From contig DASVUA010000254.1 in assembly GCA_036387295.1 (NCBI GenBank), positions 1 through 31,984 of the forward strand: a DNA stretch of 31,984 nucleotides, written 5' to 3'. The notes below the pieces were generated by a model, which was not told the DNA's origin, searched no databases, and saw only the letters and a list, made by a program, of their open reading frames with translations. A program made the translations under genes and the position numbers. This document shows positions 12,274-25,008 of this stretch, one piece after another. The DNA comes from Thermoanaerobaculia bacterium. GTDB taxonomy: Bacteria; Acidobacteriota; Thermoanaerobaculia; Gp7-AA8. Each line of letters opens with the position of its first letter. The stretch's first letter is position 1.

Positions 12274-15225
12274 ATGAGCGTTCGCGGAACCCTCGTCCTG
12301 CTATTCGTTTGTCTCTTGTTACCGGGAGCGCTGTTCGCGCAGAGCAGCACCGGGTCAATCTCCGGCACCATCCTCGACGAATCCGGCGCGGCGCTGCCCG
12401 GCGTCACCGTGACGGTGACGAATGCCGCCACCGGCGCCACACGGAGCGCCGTCACGAACGGCAGCGGCTACTACCAGGTGGCGCTGCTGCCGCCGGGCGA
12501 GTACGCCGTCGACGCGATGCTGGAAGGCTTCCAGCCGGTGCGGCGCGACCGCGTCACCGTCAACGTCGGCAGCGCCGTCACGCTCGACCTCCCGCTGCGG
12601 GTCGGATTGACCGAGACCGTCACCGTCGTCGGCACGGCGCCGCTCGTGGAAACCGAGCGGACGCAGGTCAGCTCCGTCGTCAATGAAACGGCGATCGAGA
12701 ACCTCCCCACCAACGGCCGCAACTTCATCGATTTCGTGTTGACGACGCCTGGCGTCGTGAAGGACGTGCGCCAGGGCGACATCAGTTTTGCCGGCCAGCG
12801 CGGCACGCTCAACTCGCTCGTCATCGATGGCGCGAACAACGACAACACCTTCTTCGGCCAGGCTCTCGGCCGCACCGGCTCCGGCCGCGCGCCGTACCAG
12901 TTCTCGCAGGAAGCGGTCAAAGAATTCGTCGTCAACACGAACGCCTACTCGGCCGAATACGGACGCGCAGGCGGCGCGGTGATCAACGTCGTCACGAAGT
13001 CGGGCACCAACGACGTCGACGGCTCGCTCTTCTACTTTCTGCGCGACAAGAACTACAACGCGAACGATTACATCAACGTGATCAACAAGCGGGCGAAGAG
13101 CCCGTATCACTTCGATCAGTACGGCGCGAGCGCCGGCGGCCCCATCGTCCCGAACCGCCATTTCTTCTTCATCAATTACGACGCACAGCGGAACTCGATT
13201 CCGAACCTCGTCGTCCTCGGCCGCCCCGCGGCCGGCTTCCCGACCGATGATGCAACCGCTGCCGGTCTCGCGAAACTCAATGCGCTGGCAGAAAGCTATT
13301 CGCGCAATCAGGATCAGGACGTCTACCTCATCAAGACAGATCACGAGCTCGGCGCGGGTGGAAATCACCTCACGTTCCGCCTGAACCGCCAGGAGTTCGT
13401 CGGAAAGAACTTCGAATCGGGCGGCCTCACCAACGCGCTCGAACATACGGGCGACTCGAACGTGCTGACCGACACGTACGCCGCCTCGCTCGGCTCCACG
13501 CTTTCGAGCGCATTGTTCAATGAGGCGCGCGTGCAGTACGCGAAGGATCACGAACCGGGTCTCGCCAACAGCGCGATGCCGGAAGCGGTGATTCGCCAGG
13601 GCGGCGTGACGGTATTGACCGTCGGCCGCAACTTCTTCAGCCCGCGCGAAACGACGATCAAGCGCTACCAGCTCGCCGACACACTCACGTACGTTCTGCA
13701 CGACCACACGCTGAAGACCGGCTTCGATTACAGCCACGACGAAATCCTCAATTACTTTCCGGGCAATTTCTCCGGCTCGTACCAGTTCGACAGCATTGCC
13801 GATTACCAGAACGGCAAAGCCTCGCGTTTCCTGCAGGCCTTCGCCGGCCCCGGCACTTCCGGTGCGACGACGAATCCCGACATTGCAGAAACCGGCCTGT
13901 TTCTTCAGGACGAATGGCGCGTTCTTCCGTCGCTCACGCTGAACATGGGTTTGCGGTACGACCTGCAGAGCATTGCGCAGCCCGACGTCCGGAATACCGA
14001 TGCCCAACTTCTCGCGGCAGGCATCGATACGAGTGTCGTCCCTGAAGACACCAACAACATCGCGCCGAGACTCGGCTTTGCCTGGACGCCGACCGCTGAC
14101 GGCCGCACTGTGGTGCGCGGCGGTTATGGCATTTTCTATGGCCGCACGCCGGCGATCATGATCGGCACCGCGCATTCGAACAACGGCATCAACGTCCAGA
14201 CCATTACGTTCACCGGAAATCTCATTCCGCAATACCCGAACATCTATTCGTCGCTGCCGACGGGCGTCACGCTGCCGAAGCCGACGATCTTCGCGTTCGA
14301 TCCCGATTTCCAGAATCCTGAAGTGCACCAGGCCAGCCTCGGCGTCGAGCGCGGCCTGACGAACGACATCAGCATCGGCCTCAATTACCAGCACGTGCAG
14401 GGAAATAATCTCCAGCGCTCGATCGACTACAACGTCGGCGGCAGAACGACGGCCACGACCCCGATCGCCGGCGGCGGTGAAGCGAGCTATGTGCGCTACA
14501 CGACGCGCCCGCTGACGAACTTCGCGCGCGTGATCCTGTTCCAGAGCAGCGCCGACTCGCGCTACAACGGCTGGACGGTCGACCTCAATAAGCGCTTTGC
14601 CCATCACTGGCAGGCGCGCCTCGCATACACGTGGTCGAAAGTCGAAGACAACCGTCCCGACGCCACCGCGGTCGTGCCGGGCGGCTCGGACGACGCCAAA
14701 TACATTCAGGATCCGCTCGACATCGACGGTGACTGGGCGCCGGGCGACAATGACGTGCGTCATCGCGTCGTACTGAGCGGCGTCTGGGATCTGGGCGGTT
14801 ACACGCAGTCGTACCGCGGCTGGAAACAGTGGCTGCTGGGCGGCTGGTCGCTCAGCGGCATTGCGGCGTACCAGACCGGTCAGCCGTATACCGCCATCGT
14901 CAGCACGGACCTCAATAACGACGGCAATACGCGCAATGACCGCGCACCCGGCTTCGGCCGCAATTCGTTCCGCCTTCCGAGCACGTTCTCAGTCGACCCG
15001 CGTATCGCGAAATCGATTCCCGTTGCAGGCGTGATGCAGGTGCAATTGATCGCCGAAGCATTCAACGTCTTCAATCGCAGCAACGTGAACGCGGTGCGCA
15101 ATACGTATTACGGATTCCAGAACGGTCAGCTCGTGCCGCAGACGAATCCCAATACCGGATTCGGCTCGCCGACCACGTCCGCCGGCCCGCGCATCGTGCA
15201 GCTGGCCGCGAAACTGACCTTCTGA
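12274..15225 (+). CDS. TonB-dependent receptor, Oar-like with N-terminal carboxypeptidase-regulatory-like domain
   Basis: Signal peptide, GTILDESGAALPGVTVT, LPTNGRNF, IDGANN, EYGRAGGAVINVVTKSGTN, terminal QLAAKLTF; GGGGAG RBS before ATG 12274. Confidence 0.9.
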   Translation: MSVRGTLVLLFVCLLLPGALFAQSSTGSISGTILDESGAALPGVTVTVTNAATGATRSAVTNGSGYYQVALLPPGEYAVDAMLEGFQPVRRDRVTVNVGSAVTLDLPLRVGLTETVTVVGTAPLVETERTQVSSVVNETAIENLPTNGRNFIDFVLTTPGVVKDVRQGDISFAGQRGTLNSLVIDGANNDNTFFGQALGRTGSGRAPYQFSQEAVKEFVVNTNAYSAEYGRAGGAVINVVTKSGTNDVDGSLFYFLRDKNYNANDYINVINKRAKSPYHFDQYGASAGGPIVPNRHFFFINYDAQRNSIPNLVVLGRPAAGFPTDDATAAGLAKLNALAESYSRNQDQDVYLIKTDHELGAGGNHLTFRLNRQEFVGKNFESGGLTNALEHTGDSNVLTDTYAASLGSTLSSALFNEARVQYAKDHEPGLANSAMPEAVIRQGGVTVLTVGRNFFSPRETTIKRYQLADTLTYVLHDHTLKTGFDYSHDEILNYFPGNFSGSYQFDSIADYQNGKASRFLQAFAGPGTSGATTNPDIAETGLFLQDEWRVLPSLTLNMGLRYDLQSIAQPDVRNTDAQLLAAGIDTSVVPEDTNNIAPRLGFAWTPTADGRTVVRGGYGIFYGRTPAIMIGTAHSNNGINVQTITFTGNLIPQYPNIYSSLPTGVTLPKPTIFAFDPDFQNPEVHQASLGVERGLTNDISIGLNYQHVQGNNLQRSIDYNVGGRTTATTPIAGGGEASYVRYTTRPLTNFARVILFQSSADSRYNGWTVDLNKRFAHHWQARLAYTWSKVEDNRPDATAVVPGGSDDAKYIQDPLDIDGDWAPGDNDVRHRVVLSGVWDLGGYTQSYRGWKQWLLGGWSLSGIAAYQTGQPYTAIVSTDLNNDGNTRNDRAPGFGRNSFRLPSTFSVDPRIAKSIPVAGVMQVQLIAEAFNVFNRSNVNAVRNTYYGFQNGQLVPQTNPNTGFGSPTTSAGPRIVQLAAKLTF

Positions 15226-15247
15226 TTCAGACGACGTTTCTGTAATG

Positions 15248-15294
15248 ACAGAACGGCCGGAGGCAGCATCGCTGCTCTCCGGCCGTTTTGTTTG
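15248..15294. terminator. Bidirectional intrinsic terminator between receptor and hslU
   Basis: ACAGAACGGCCGGAG-GCAGC-ATC-GCTGC-T-CTCCGGCCGTTTTGT followed by TTG. Confidence 0.8.
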
Positions 15295-15311
15295 TGGCGC
15301 CTGTGTGAAGC

Positions 15312-16715
<1,404 letters not shown>

Positions 16716-16720
16716 TCGTT

Positions 16721-17260
16721 TTAGAGAGTCTCGACCGTGATCCGGTCGTTCGTGTAAATGCAGATTTCTGCCGCGATGCGCAGCGATTCCTCAGCCACCT
16801 GCGCCGCGGTCATCGAGGTGTGTTTCATCAGCGCGCGCGCGGCCGCGAGCGCGAACGAGCCGCCGGAGCCGATCGCGAGAATGCCGTCATCCGGCTGGAT
16901 CAGATCGCCGGTGCCGGAGATCAGGTAGGCGCGCTCCGCATTCGCCACGATCAGCATCGCCTGCAGCTGGCGGAGGTACTTGTCCATGCGCCAGTCTTTC
17001 GCGAGCTCGACCACCGAGCGCTCCATGTTCCCGCGATACTCCTCGAGCTTTGCCTCGAAGCGGGCGTACAGCGCAAACGCGTCCGCCGCCGAGCCGGCGA
17101 AACCGGAAAGGATCTTGTCGTGGTAGAGGCGCCGCACCTTCGCCGCGCCATGTTTCATGACCGTATTGCCCACCGTCACCTGCCCATCGCCCGCCATCGC
17201 TACCTGGCCGTCGCGACGAACGCAGATGACCGTCGTTGCCCGAATCACCATGTCTTCCAT
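16721..17260 (-). CDS. hslV: ATP-dependent protease peptidase subunit HslV
   Basis: [35 protein letters not shown]. Start placed at ATG 17260. Confidence 0.97.
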   Translation of the reverse strand: MEDMVIRATTVICVRRDGQVAMAGDGQVTVGNTVMKHGAAKVRRLYHDKILSGFAGSAADAFALYARFEAKLEEYRGNMERSVVELAKDWRMDKYLRQLQAMLIVANAERAYLISGTGDLIQPDDGILAIGSGGSFALAAARALMKHTSMTAAQVAEESLRIAAEICIYTNDRITVETL

Positions 17261-17302
17261 CGCCAACGATCGTATCGCACCCTGTTCGGATCAACGGTTC
17301 CA

Positions 17303-17399
17303 GTGGAGCGGCGGGCTCTCAGCCCGCCGTGGCGCGGGTAGAGAGAAGCGTTCGTTTTTGCGGATCGATATTCGGCGGGCTAAGAGCCCGCCGCTCCAC
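17303..17399. repeat. REP-like inverted doublet, copy 3
   Basis: CTC-loop unit, 43-nt spacer, inverted CTT-loop unit; outer pairing extends to 17299/17403. Confidence 0.9.
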
Positions 17400-17446
17400 T
17401 GGAGGCGCTCCAAACAGGCGATCGGCTGACCGGAACGCCGCGGTGC

Positions 17447-18175
17447 CTACAGGCCCGGAAAATCGCCGGGGACTGGCGCGATCAGCGTCTGGCCAAAGTA
17501 GCGGTGGCCGAGCTTCCAGGCGTGGAGCAGCATGCGGGGCGCTTGCATCGTCGAGCCGTAGCGGCGATCGCCGACGACCGGGCGCTCGATTGAGCGGAGG
17601 TGGACGCGGATCTGGTGCATGCGGCCGGTGAGGATCTCGCACTCGAGCAGCGTCGTGCCGTCAAGCTTTCGCAGCGGACGGACGATGGTGTGCGCGTCCT
17701 TACCGCCGATCGGCGATTCGATGGTCGTCTCTTTCTCGATCGAGCCTTCCGCCACGGCGAGATAGGTCTTCGAGATCTCGCGTGTTGCGAAGAGTGCGGA
17801 CAGCTCGGCCGCCGCGCGCCGCGTTTTCGCGAACACCACCACGCCGCTCGTTTGCGTATCGATGCGGTGCACGACGTAGATCGTGCGGTAGCGGAGCCGG
17901 AGCAGTTCCTCGAGCGAGCGCTGCGTCCGTTCGCGCGCCGGCGAGGTCGCCATGCCGGCAGCTTTGTTGATCGCGACCCAATCGCGCGTTTCGCGAATGA
18001 CGGTCAGCTCGGGGAGCTCTTCGACGATCGCGATGCGATCGCGCTCGCTCACTTCGCGCGACGCCACCGCCACCGCGCGGTCATTCACCAGCACGCGCTT
18101 CTGCGCGATGAGCTCGCGCGCTTTGCGCCGCGAAAGCTCCGGGTGCCGCGCGGCGATGGCCTGATCGAGACGCAT
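17447..18175 (-). CDS. RluA/RluD-family pseudouridine synthase with N-terminal S4 domain
   Basis: MRLDQAIA...SRRKARELI (S4), AINKAAG, HRIDTQTSG (catalytic Asp), TGRMHQIRVH, LHAWKL. Confidence 0.92.
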   Translation of the reverse strand: MRLDQAIAARHPELSRRKARELIAQKRVLVNDRAVAVASREVSERDRIAIVEELPELTVIRETRDWVAINKAAGMATSPARERTQRSLEELLRLRYRTIYVVHRIDTQTSGVVVFAKTRRAAAELSALFATREISKTYLAVAEGSIEKETTIESPIGGKDAHTIVRPLRKLDGTTLLECEILTGRMHQIRVHLRSIERPVVGDRRYGSTMQAPRMLLHAWKLGHRYFGQTLIAPVPGDFPGL

Positions 18176-18176
18176 G

Positions 18177-18203
18177 AAAAAGGGCGAGCCGAAGCTCGCC
18201 CTT
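18177..18203 (-). terminator. Intrinsic terminator of recA
   Basis: Minus strand GGGCGAGC-TTCG-GCTCGCCC-TTTTT (cUUCGg tetraloop). Confidence 0.9.
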
Positions 18204-18232
18204 ACGATACGTCAAAACGGTGAGTGTCGCCG

Positions 18233-19300
<1,068 letters not shown>

Positions 19301-19391
19301 CAGCCTGCTCCTTCATTCGTTTTCCGGGAGCTGGTGCCGGAAAGAGGCGCGCGAAAAGGGTGAATGCGACGGGCATGTGTGTGGTGCGGCG

Positions 19392-19421
19392 AGTGTACGA
19401 CGGCGGTAATGCGGCGTGCAA
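19392..19421 (-). promoter_or_regulatory. sigma70-type promoter of recA
   Basis: Minus strand TTGCAC-N18-TACACT. Confidence 0.65.
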
Positions 19422-19436
19422 GAAAACAATCTGACT

Positions 19437-19467
19437 TGTGGAAAACCTGCGCAAATCGTATGGAAAA
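19437..19467. promoter_or_regulatory. Two DnaA-box-like 9-mers upstream of recA
   Basis: TGTGGAAAA (19437-19445, fits TTWTNCACA) and TATGGAAAA (19459-19467, one mismatch), 22 bp apart. Confidence 0.35.
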
Positions 19468-19487
19468 TCTACAACCGGGAGAATGCG

Positions 19488-19946
19488 ATGAAGCTTTCCG
19501 CTTTGGGAGTTCTTTTGTTGATGTCGTGCGCTGCATCCCAGAATTCGCAGCCGCCGGCCGGCCCCTGGAGCGTTCAGGTGACGACTTCCGGCGGCATCAC
19601 CGGCCGCGGAAACGGCAGCTGGGCGATCGCCTCGGACGGCAAGGTCGCGGTGACCTCGATGAGCGGCAAGAGCTGCGCGTTCGACGCGACGGCCGAACAG
19701 CGCGCCCGTTTCGGGTCGCTGCTCGCGAACGCGCGGCCTGACACGTGGAGCGCGTCGTACGCGCCGGAGAATCGCTGCTGCGATCGCATCGAGTACACGA
19801 TGACGATCGAGGAAAGCGGCAAGCAGCGCAAAGTCGAATGGATCGACGATCCGCTCCCGATGCCGCGCGATCTGTCGGCGATCGTCAACGCGGTGACCGG
19901 CGTGCCGAGCTTGCGAACCGAGTACGGCGACAAGTGCGCGGGGTGA
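19488..19946 (+). CDS. Lipoprotein, emfourin (protealysin-inhibitor)-like fold suspected
   Basis: MKLSALGVLLLMSC lipobox; TTSGGITG...CCDRIEYTMTIEESGKQRKV..PRDLSAIVNAV; GGGAGA RBS. Confidence 0.7.
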   Translation: MKLSALGVLLLMSCAASQNSQPPAGPWSVQVTTSGGITGRGNGSWAIASDGKVAVTSMSGKSCAFDATAEQRARFGSLLANARPDTWSASYAPENRCCDRIEYTMTIEESGKQRKVEWIDDPLPMPRDLSAIVNAVTGVPSLRTEYGDKCAG

Positions 19947-19954
19947 GGTGACGG

Positions 19955-19966
19955 CCGCCGCTCCAC
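19955..19966. repeat. Remnant end of the REP unit
   Basis: CCGCCGCTCCAC matches the 12 terminal nt of the inverted REP unit; lies in a convergent gap. Confidence 0.45.
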
Positions 19967-19996
19967 AGGCCGACGCCGGAGCCCAGCTTTCCCAGG

Positions 19997-20632
19997 TTAC
20001 GCCGCGATGTCGCCGAGCGCGGCGCGGATCTTCTTCAGATCTTCGACGAACCGCTCGCGCTCGAGCCGGCGCGCTTCGTCGCTGGGGGCGCGCAGGATCG
20101 ATGAGGGGTGCACGGTTGCGGTGACGTAGTCGGCCAGTTCGGAGGGAACGAAGATGCCGCGCTGGATCGACACCTTGAACTTTGGGCCGATCACCGCCTG
20201 CGCGGCGGTGGCGCCGAGGCAGATGATGGCGCGCGGCTTCAAGACGTCGATCTCGGAGGCCAGCCAGGGACGGCAGGCGGTGATCTCGGCCGCATTCGGC
20301 TTCTTGTGAATGCGGCGTTTGCCGCGCGGCTCCCACTTGAAGTGCTTCACGACGTTCGTGACGTAGACCTTGGTGCGGTCGATCCCCGCCTCCTCGAGCG
20401 ACGCATCGAGCAGCGCGCCGGCGGGGCCGACGAACGGGCGGCCGGAGAGGTCTTCCTTGTCGCCCGGCTGCTCGCCGATGAACATGATCAGCGCGCGCGG
20501 CTTCCCTTCGCCGAACACCGTCTGCGTGCCCGTTTTCCAGAGATCGCAGGCCGTGCATTCCGCCGCCGCATCGCGCAGTTTGCCGAGCGTCGGACGCGGC
20601 GGGATGAGCGGCGCGGCGGTCTCGATGTCCAT
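19997..20632 (-). CDS. udgX: UdgX-family uracil-DNA binding protein (family 4-like UDG, 4Fe-4S)
   Basis: [32 protein letters not shown]-loop [11 protein letters not shown]. Start chosen at ATG 20632 (20656 is an alternative). Confidence 0.88.
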   Translation of the reverse strand: MDIETAAPLIPPRPTLGKLRDAAAECTACDLWKTGTQTVFGEGKPRALIMFIGEQPGDKEDLSGRPFVGPAGALLDASLEEAGIDRTKVYVTNVVKHFKWEPRGKRRIHKKPNAAEITACRPWLASEIDVLKPRAIICLGATAAQAVIGPKFKVSIQRGIFVPSELADYVTATVHPSSILRAPSDEARRLERERFVEDLKKIRAALGDIAA

Positions 20633-20644
20633 GGCCGACGGCGA

Positions 20645-20660
20645 AGCATGCGACATGCCG
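20645..20660 (-). promoter_or_regulatory. sigma54-like promoter or palindromic operator before udgX
   Basis: Minus strand CGGCATGTCGCATGCT, 13 nt before ATG 20632; also overlaps the perfect palindrome CATGCCGCGGCATG (20654-20667). Confidence 0.45.
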
Positions 20661-20687
20661 CGGCATGCGCGGCGAGGCTACGCGCGG

Positions 20688-21884
<1,197 letters not shown>

Positions 21885-21924
21885 GCTGTTCAGATCCCTC
21901 GCGTCGCGCGACGGCTGCTGCGCG

Positions 21925-22509
21925 TCACTTTTTCTTCAGCTCGGTGAGGACGAGCTTCGCGACCGCTTTGAGCGTGTCGAAGACGCCGGTGCCGTTCATC
22001 GCCACGGCTTCGAATGTCGGCTCGCCTTTGAAGTTGAGCTGGCGATACATCTCGTCCATCGCGAGAGCGGTGGGAAGGTCGCGTTTGTTGAATTGCAGGA
22101 CGTACGGAACGCTCTTCAGCTCGTAGCCCTGTTCCTTGAGGTTGCGCTCGAGGTTGACGAGCGATTCGACGTTCGCTTCCATCCGCGCTTCCTGTGAGTC
22201 GGCGACGAACACGACGCCGTCGACGCCTTTGAGGATGAGCTTGCGGGAGGCGTCGTAGAACACCTGGCCGGGGACGGTGTAGAGGTGAAAGCGGGTCTTG
22301 AAGCCGCGGACGGTGCCGAGATCGAGCGGCAGGAAATCGAAGAACAGCGTGCGGTCGGTCTCGGTGGCGAGGGAGATCAGCTTCCCTTTCGCCTGCGGAT
22401 TCGTCTTGTCGTAGATCCACTGCAGGTTGGTCGTCTTGCCGCACAGCCCCGGGCCGTAGTAGACGATCTTGCAGTTGATCTCACGCGCCGCGTAGTTGAT
22501 GAACGTCAT
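21925..22509 (-). CDS. mglA: Small GTPase MglA
   Basis: [45 protein letters not shown]. Confidence 0.97.
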   Translation of the reverse strand: MTFINYAAREINCKIVYYGPGLCGKTTNLQWIYDKTNPQAKGKLISLATETDRTLFFDFLPLDLGTVRGFKTRFHLYTVPGQVFYDASRKLILKGVDGVVFVADSQEARMEANVESLVNLERNLKEQGYELKSVPYVLQFNKRDLPTALAMDEMYRQLNFKGEPTFEAVAMNGTGVFDTLKAVAKLVLTELKKK

Positions 22510-22512
22510 GGA

Positions 22513-23013
22513 CTATTCGCTGAAGAGGCTGTCGATGTCTTCGTCGGTGATCTCAGCGAACGGCGAGTCGAAGCGGTGGGCCGCCGAGCCGCGTTCGGCC
22601 TCGGATTTCTGGATGAGCACTTCGAACGTCCGCTCGAGCTCCTGCGACGCTTTTTTCACGCGGAGCCGAACCAGTCCGAGCGACGACTTTTCGTCGAAGA
22701 TCACGACGAGGATCACGCGCTGGGCGACGAGGGAGATGTGGATGTTGTCCTTCTCCCCTTCGTGAAAGAGGATCGAGAACTCTTTCTCGCCGATCAGTTT
22801 CGCGAGGCCGTCCGTTGCGGCGACGTTGCCTGCCGTGAGAGACGCGAGCGACGTCGCGTCGACGCCTCGCATATCGCCCTGGACGGCGATCTGCTGGCCA
22901 TTCTTGTCGACCAGAAAAACGATCTTCGAGTTGGAGTCGACCTGCAGACGCTGGAGGATGTCCTTGATCTGCTGGTACTCCTCCTCGTACATCACGAGAT
23001 CAGGAGAAGCCAT
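22513..23013 (-). CDS. mglB: Roadblock/LC7 protein MglB
   Basis: LVMYEEE, VFLVDKNGQ, SLASLTAGNVAA, LGLVRLRVKKAS, C-terminal SPFAEITDEDIDSLFSE. Confidence 0.96.
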   Translation of the reverse strand: MASPDLVMYEEEYQQIKDILQRLQVDSNSKIVFLVDKNGQQIAVQGDMRGVDATSLASLTAGNVAATDGLAKLIGEKEFSILFHEGEKDNIHISLVAQRVILVVIFDEKSSLGLVRLRVKKASQELERTFEVLIQKSEAERGSAAHRFDSPFAEITDEDIDSLFSE

Positions 23014-23119
23014 TCATTCTCACCGTTAGTGCCCGTGGAGGGGGACGCAGATGTATAGCACACGCGGCGTTGGGCGCCTAGGAGTTGTCGCGCAAACCGT
23101 CGGATTGATCGGACCCTCC

Positions 23120-23149
23120 GTGACGCTGCGCCATGCATTTGCATAGTCT
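23120..23149 (+). promoter_or_regulatory. Leaderless-type promoter of the aldo/keto reductase
   Basis: GTGACG-N18-TAGTCT-N7-ATG(23157). Confidence 0.55.
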
Positions 23150-23156
23150 TCCCCGC

Positions 23157-24008
23157 ATGTATGCACAGCAGAGCGGTACGTTTCTCATCTGCGGCGACCT
23201 CCCGGTCTACCGCCTCGGGTTTGGAGCCATGCGAATCACCGGGTCGGGTGTGTGGGGTCCGCCGGACGACGACACGGAAGCGGTCGCGGTTCTGCGTCGC
23301 GCGGTCGAGCTCGGAGTGAATTTCATCGATACGGCCGAATCGTACGGGCCGTATGTGAGCGAGGAGTTGATCGGCCGTGCGCTTCATCCCTACTCGCAGG
23401 ACCTCGTGATCGCCACGAAAGGCGGTCTCGATCGCACGGGACCGAATCAGTGGCCGGTCAATGGCCGGCCCGAGCGCCTGCGCGAAGGACTCGACGGAAG
23501 CAAACAGCGCCTCCGCCGCGATCGCATCGATCTCTACCAGTTGCATCGCATCGATCCGAACGTGCCGGAAGACGAGCAGTTCGGCTTTCTTCGCGACGCG
23601 CAGAGCGCGGGCGAGATTCGCCACATCGGGCTCTCCGAGGTGACGGTCGAGCAGATCGAGCGCGCGCGGAAGTACTTCAACGTGACGACGGTGCAGAACC
23701 GCTACAACCTCGCCGATCGCGAGTGGGAGAGCGTCGTCGATTACTGCGAGCGGGAGAACATCGGCTTCATCCCCTGGTATCCGCTCGCGGTCGGGAAACT
23801 CGCCGATGGAACGGGACCGCTCGCCCGCATCGCCGACGCACGCGGCACGAAGCCGGCCCAGATCGCGCTGGCGTGGCTACTCAAGCGGTCGCCGGTAATG
23901 CTCCCGATCCCCGGCACCTCGCGCGTAAAGCATCTCGACGAGAACATGAGCGCCGCGACGATCGAGCTGACCGACGAGGAGTTCGCGGAGATCAGCGCCG
24001 CGGCGTAA
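23157..24008 (+). CDS. Aldo/keto reductase
   Basis: [60 protein letters not shown]. Confidence 0.95.
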   Translation: MYAQQSGTFLICGDLPVYRLGFGAMRITGSGVWGPPDDDTEAVAVLRRAVELGVNFIDTAESYGPYVSEELIGRALHPYSQDLVIATKGGLDRTGPNQWPVNGRPERLREGLDGSKQRLRRDRIDLYQLHRIDPNVPEDEQFGFLRDAQSAGEIRHIGLSEVTVEQIERARKYFNVTTVQNRYNLADREWESVVDYCERENIGFIPWYPLAVGKLADGTGPLARIADARGTKPAQIALAWLLKRSPVMLPIPGTSRVKHLDENMSAATIELTDEEFAEISAAA

Positions 24009-24035
24009 GCGATGCGTTCGTAAAATGCGTCGCTG

Positions 24036-24105
24036 GTGGAGCGGCGGGCTCTTAGCCCGCCGGATTTTCGCGATAGGTCGGCGGGCTGAGAGCCCGCCGC
24101 TCCAC
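24036..24105. repeat. REP-like inverted doublet, copy 4
   Basis: CTT-loop unit, 16-nt spacer, inverted CTC-loop unit; between convergent AKR and recR. Confidence 0.9.
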
Positions 24106-24112
24106 AAGGATT

Positions 24113-24712
24113 TTAGATCTCTCTTCTTCCTTCGAGGGCTTTCGACATCGTGACCTGATCGGCGTATTCGAGGTCGCCGCCGACGGGGAGGCCGAAGGCG
24201 AGGCGGGTGGTGCGGATGCCGATCGGGCGGAGCTGCTGCGCGATGTAGAGCGCGGTCGCTTCCCCTTCGACGTTCGGGTTCGTTGCGATGATCACTTCGC
24301 GCGGCGAGCCGCTTTGCACGCGTTTGGTCAGGCCGGCGACGTCGATGTCCTGAGGGCCGATGCCTTTGAGCGGCGACAGCGCGCCGAGGAGCACGTGGTA
24401 GACGCCTTTGAAATCGCGCGTCTGCTCGATCGTCTGGATGTTGAATGCTTCCTCGACGACGCAGATGAGCGACGGATCGCGGCGGACGTCGGTGCAGATC
24501 GAGCATGGCTCGACGTCCGTCATGTTGTTGCAGATCGAGCAGCGGAAGATCTTCGTCTTGACGTCGAGAATCGCCGTCGCGAGCGATTCGGCTTCAGCGG
24601 CCGGCCGTTTGAGGATGTGATACGCGAGCCGCTGCGCCGATTTGCCGCCGACACCCGGCAGCTTCGTGAGCTCGTTGATGAGGATCGCCAGCGGCGGCGC
24701 GGTGGTCGTCAT
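24113..24712 (-). CDS. recR: Recombination mediator RecR
   Basis: LPGVGGKSAQRLAY, CSIC..CSIC Zn finger, YHVLLGALSP, TOPRIM ATNPNVEGEATA, GGDLEYAD. Confidence 0.98.
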   Translation of the reverse strand: MTTTAPPLAILINELTKLPGVGGKSAQRLAYHILKRPAAEAESLATAILDVKTKIFRCSICNNMTDVEPCSICTDVRRDPSLICVVEEAFNIQTIEQTRDFKGVYHVLLGALSPLKGIGPQDIDVAGLTKRVQSGSPREVIIATNPNVEGEATALYIAQQLRPIGIRTTRLAFGLPVGGDLEYADQVTMSKALEGRREI

Positions 24713-25008
24713 CAGAAGCCGGGGATCTTGAGTCCGCCCGTCATCGCGCCCATCGACGACTGCATCTCTTCGTCGACCTTGCGCGCTGCTTCGTTGACGG
24801 CCGCTTTGACGAGGTCCTGCAGCATTTCGACGTCATTCGGATCGACCGCTTCTTTGTCGATCGTGATCGTGAGCAGCTCTTTGTTGCCCGACATCTCGGC
24901 TTTGACCATCCCGCCGCCGGCGGTGCCTTCGACGCGGATGGAGGACATCTGGCGCTGCATCTGATCCTGCATCTGCTGCGCTTGTTTCATGAGTTGTTTG
25001 ATGTTCAT
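24712..25008 (-). CDS. ybaB: YbaB/EbfC nucleoid-associated protein
   Basis: [38 protein letters not shown]; between dnaX and recR. Confidence 0.95.
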   Translation of the reverse strand: MNIKQLMKQAQQMQDQMQRQMSSIRVEGTAGGGMVKAEMSGNKELLTITIDKEAVDPNDVEMLQDLVKAAVNEAARKVDEEMQSSMGAMTGGLKIPGF

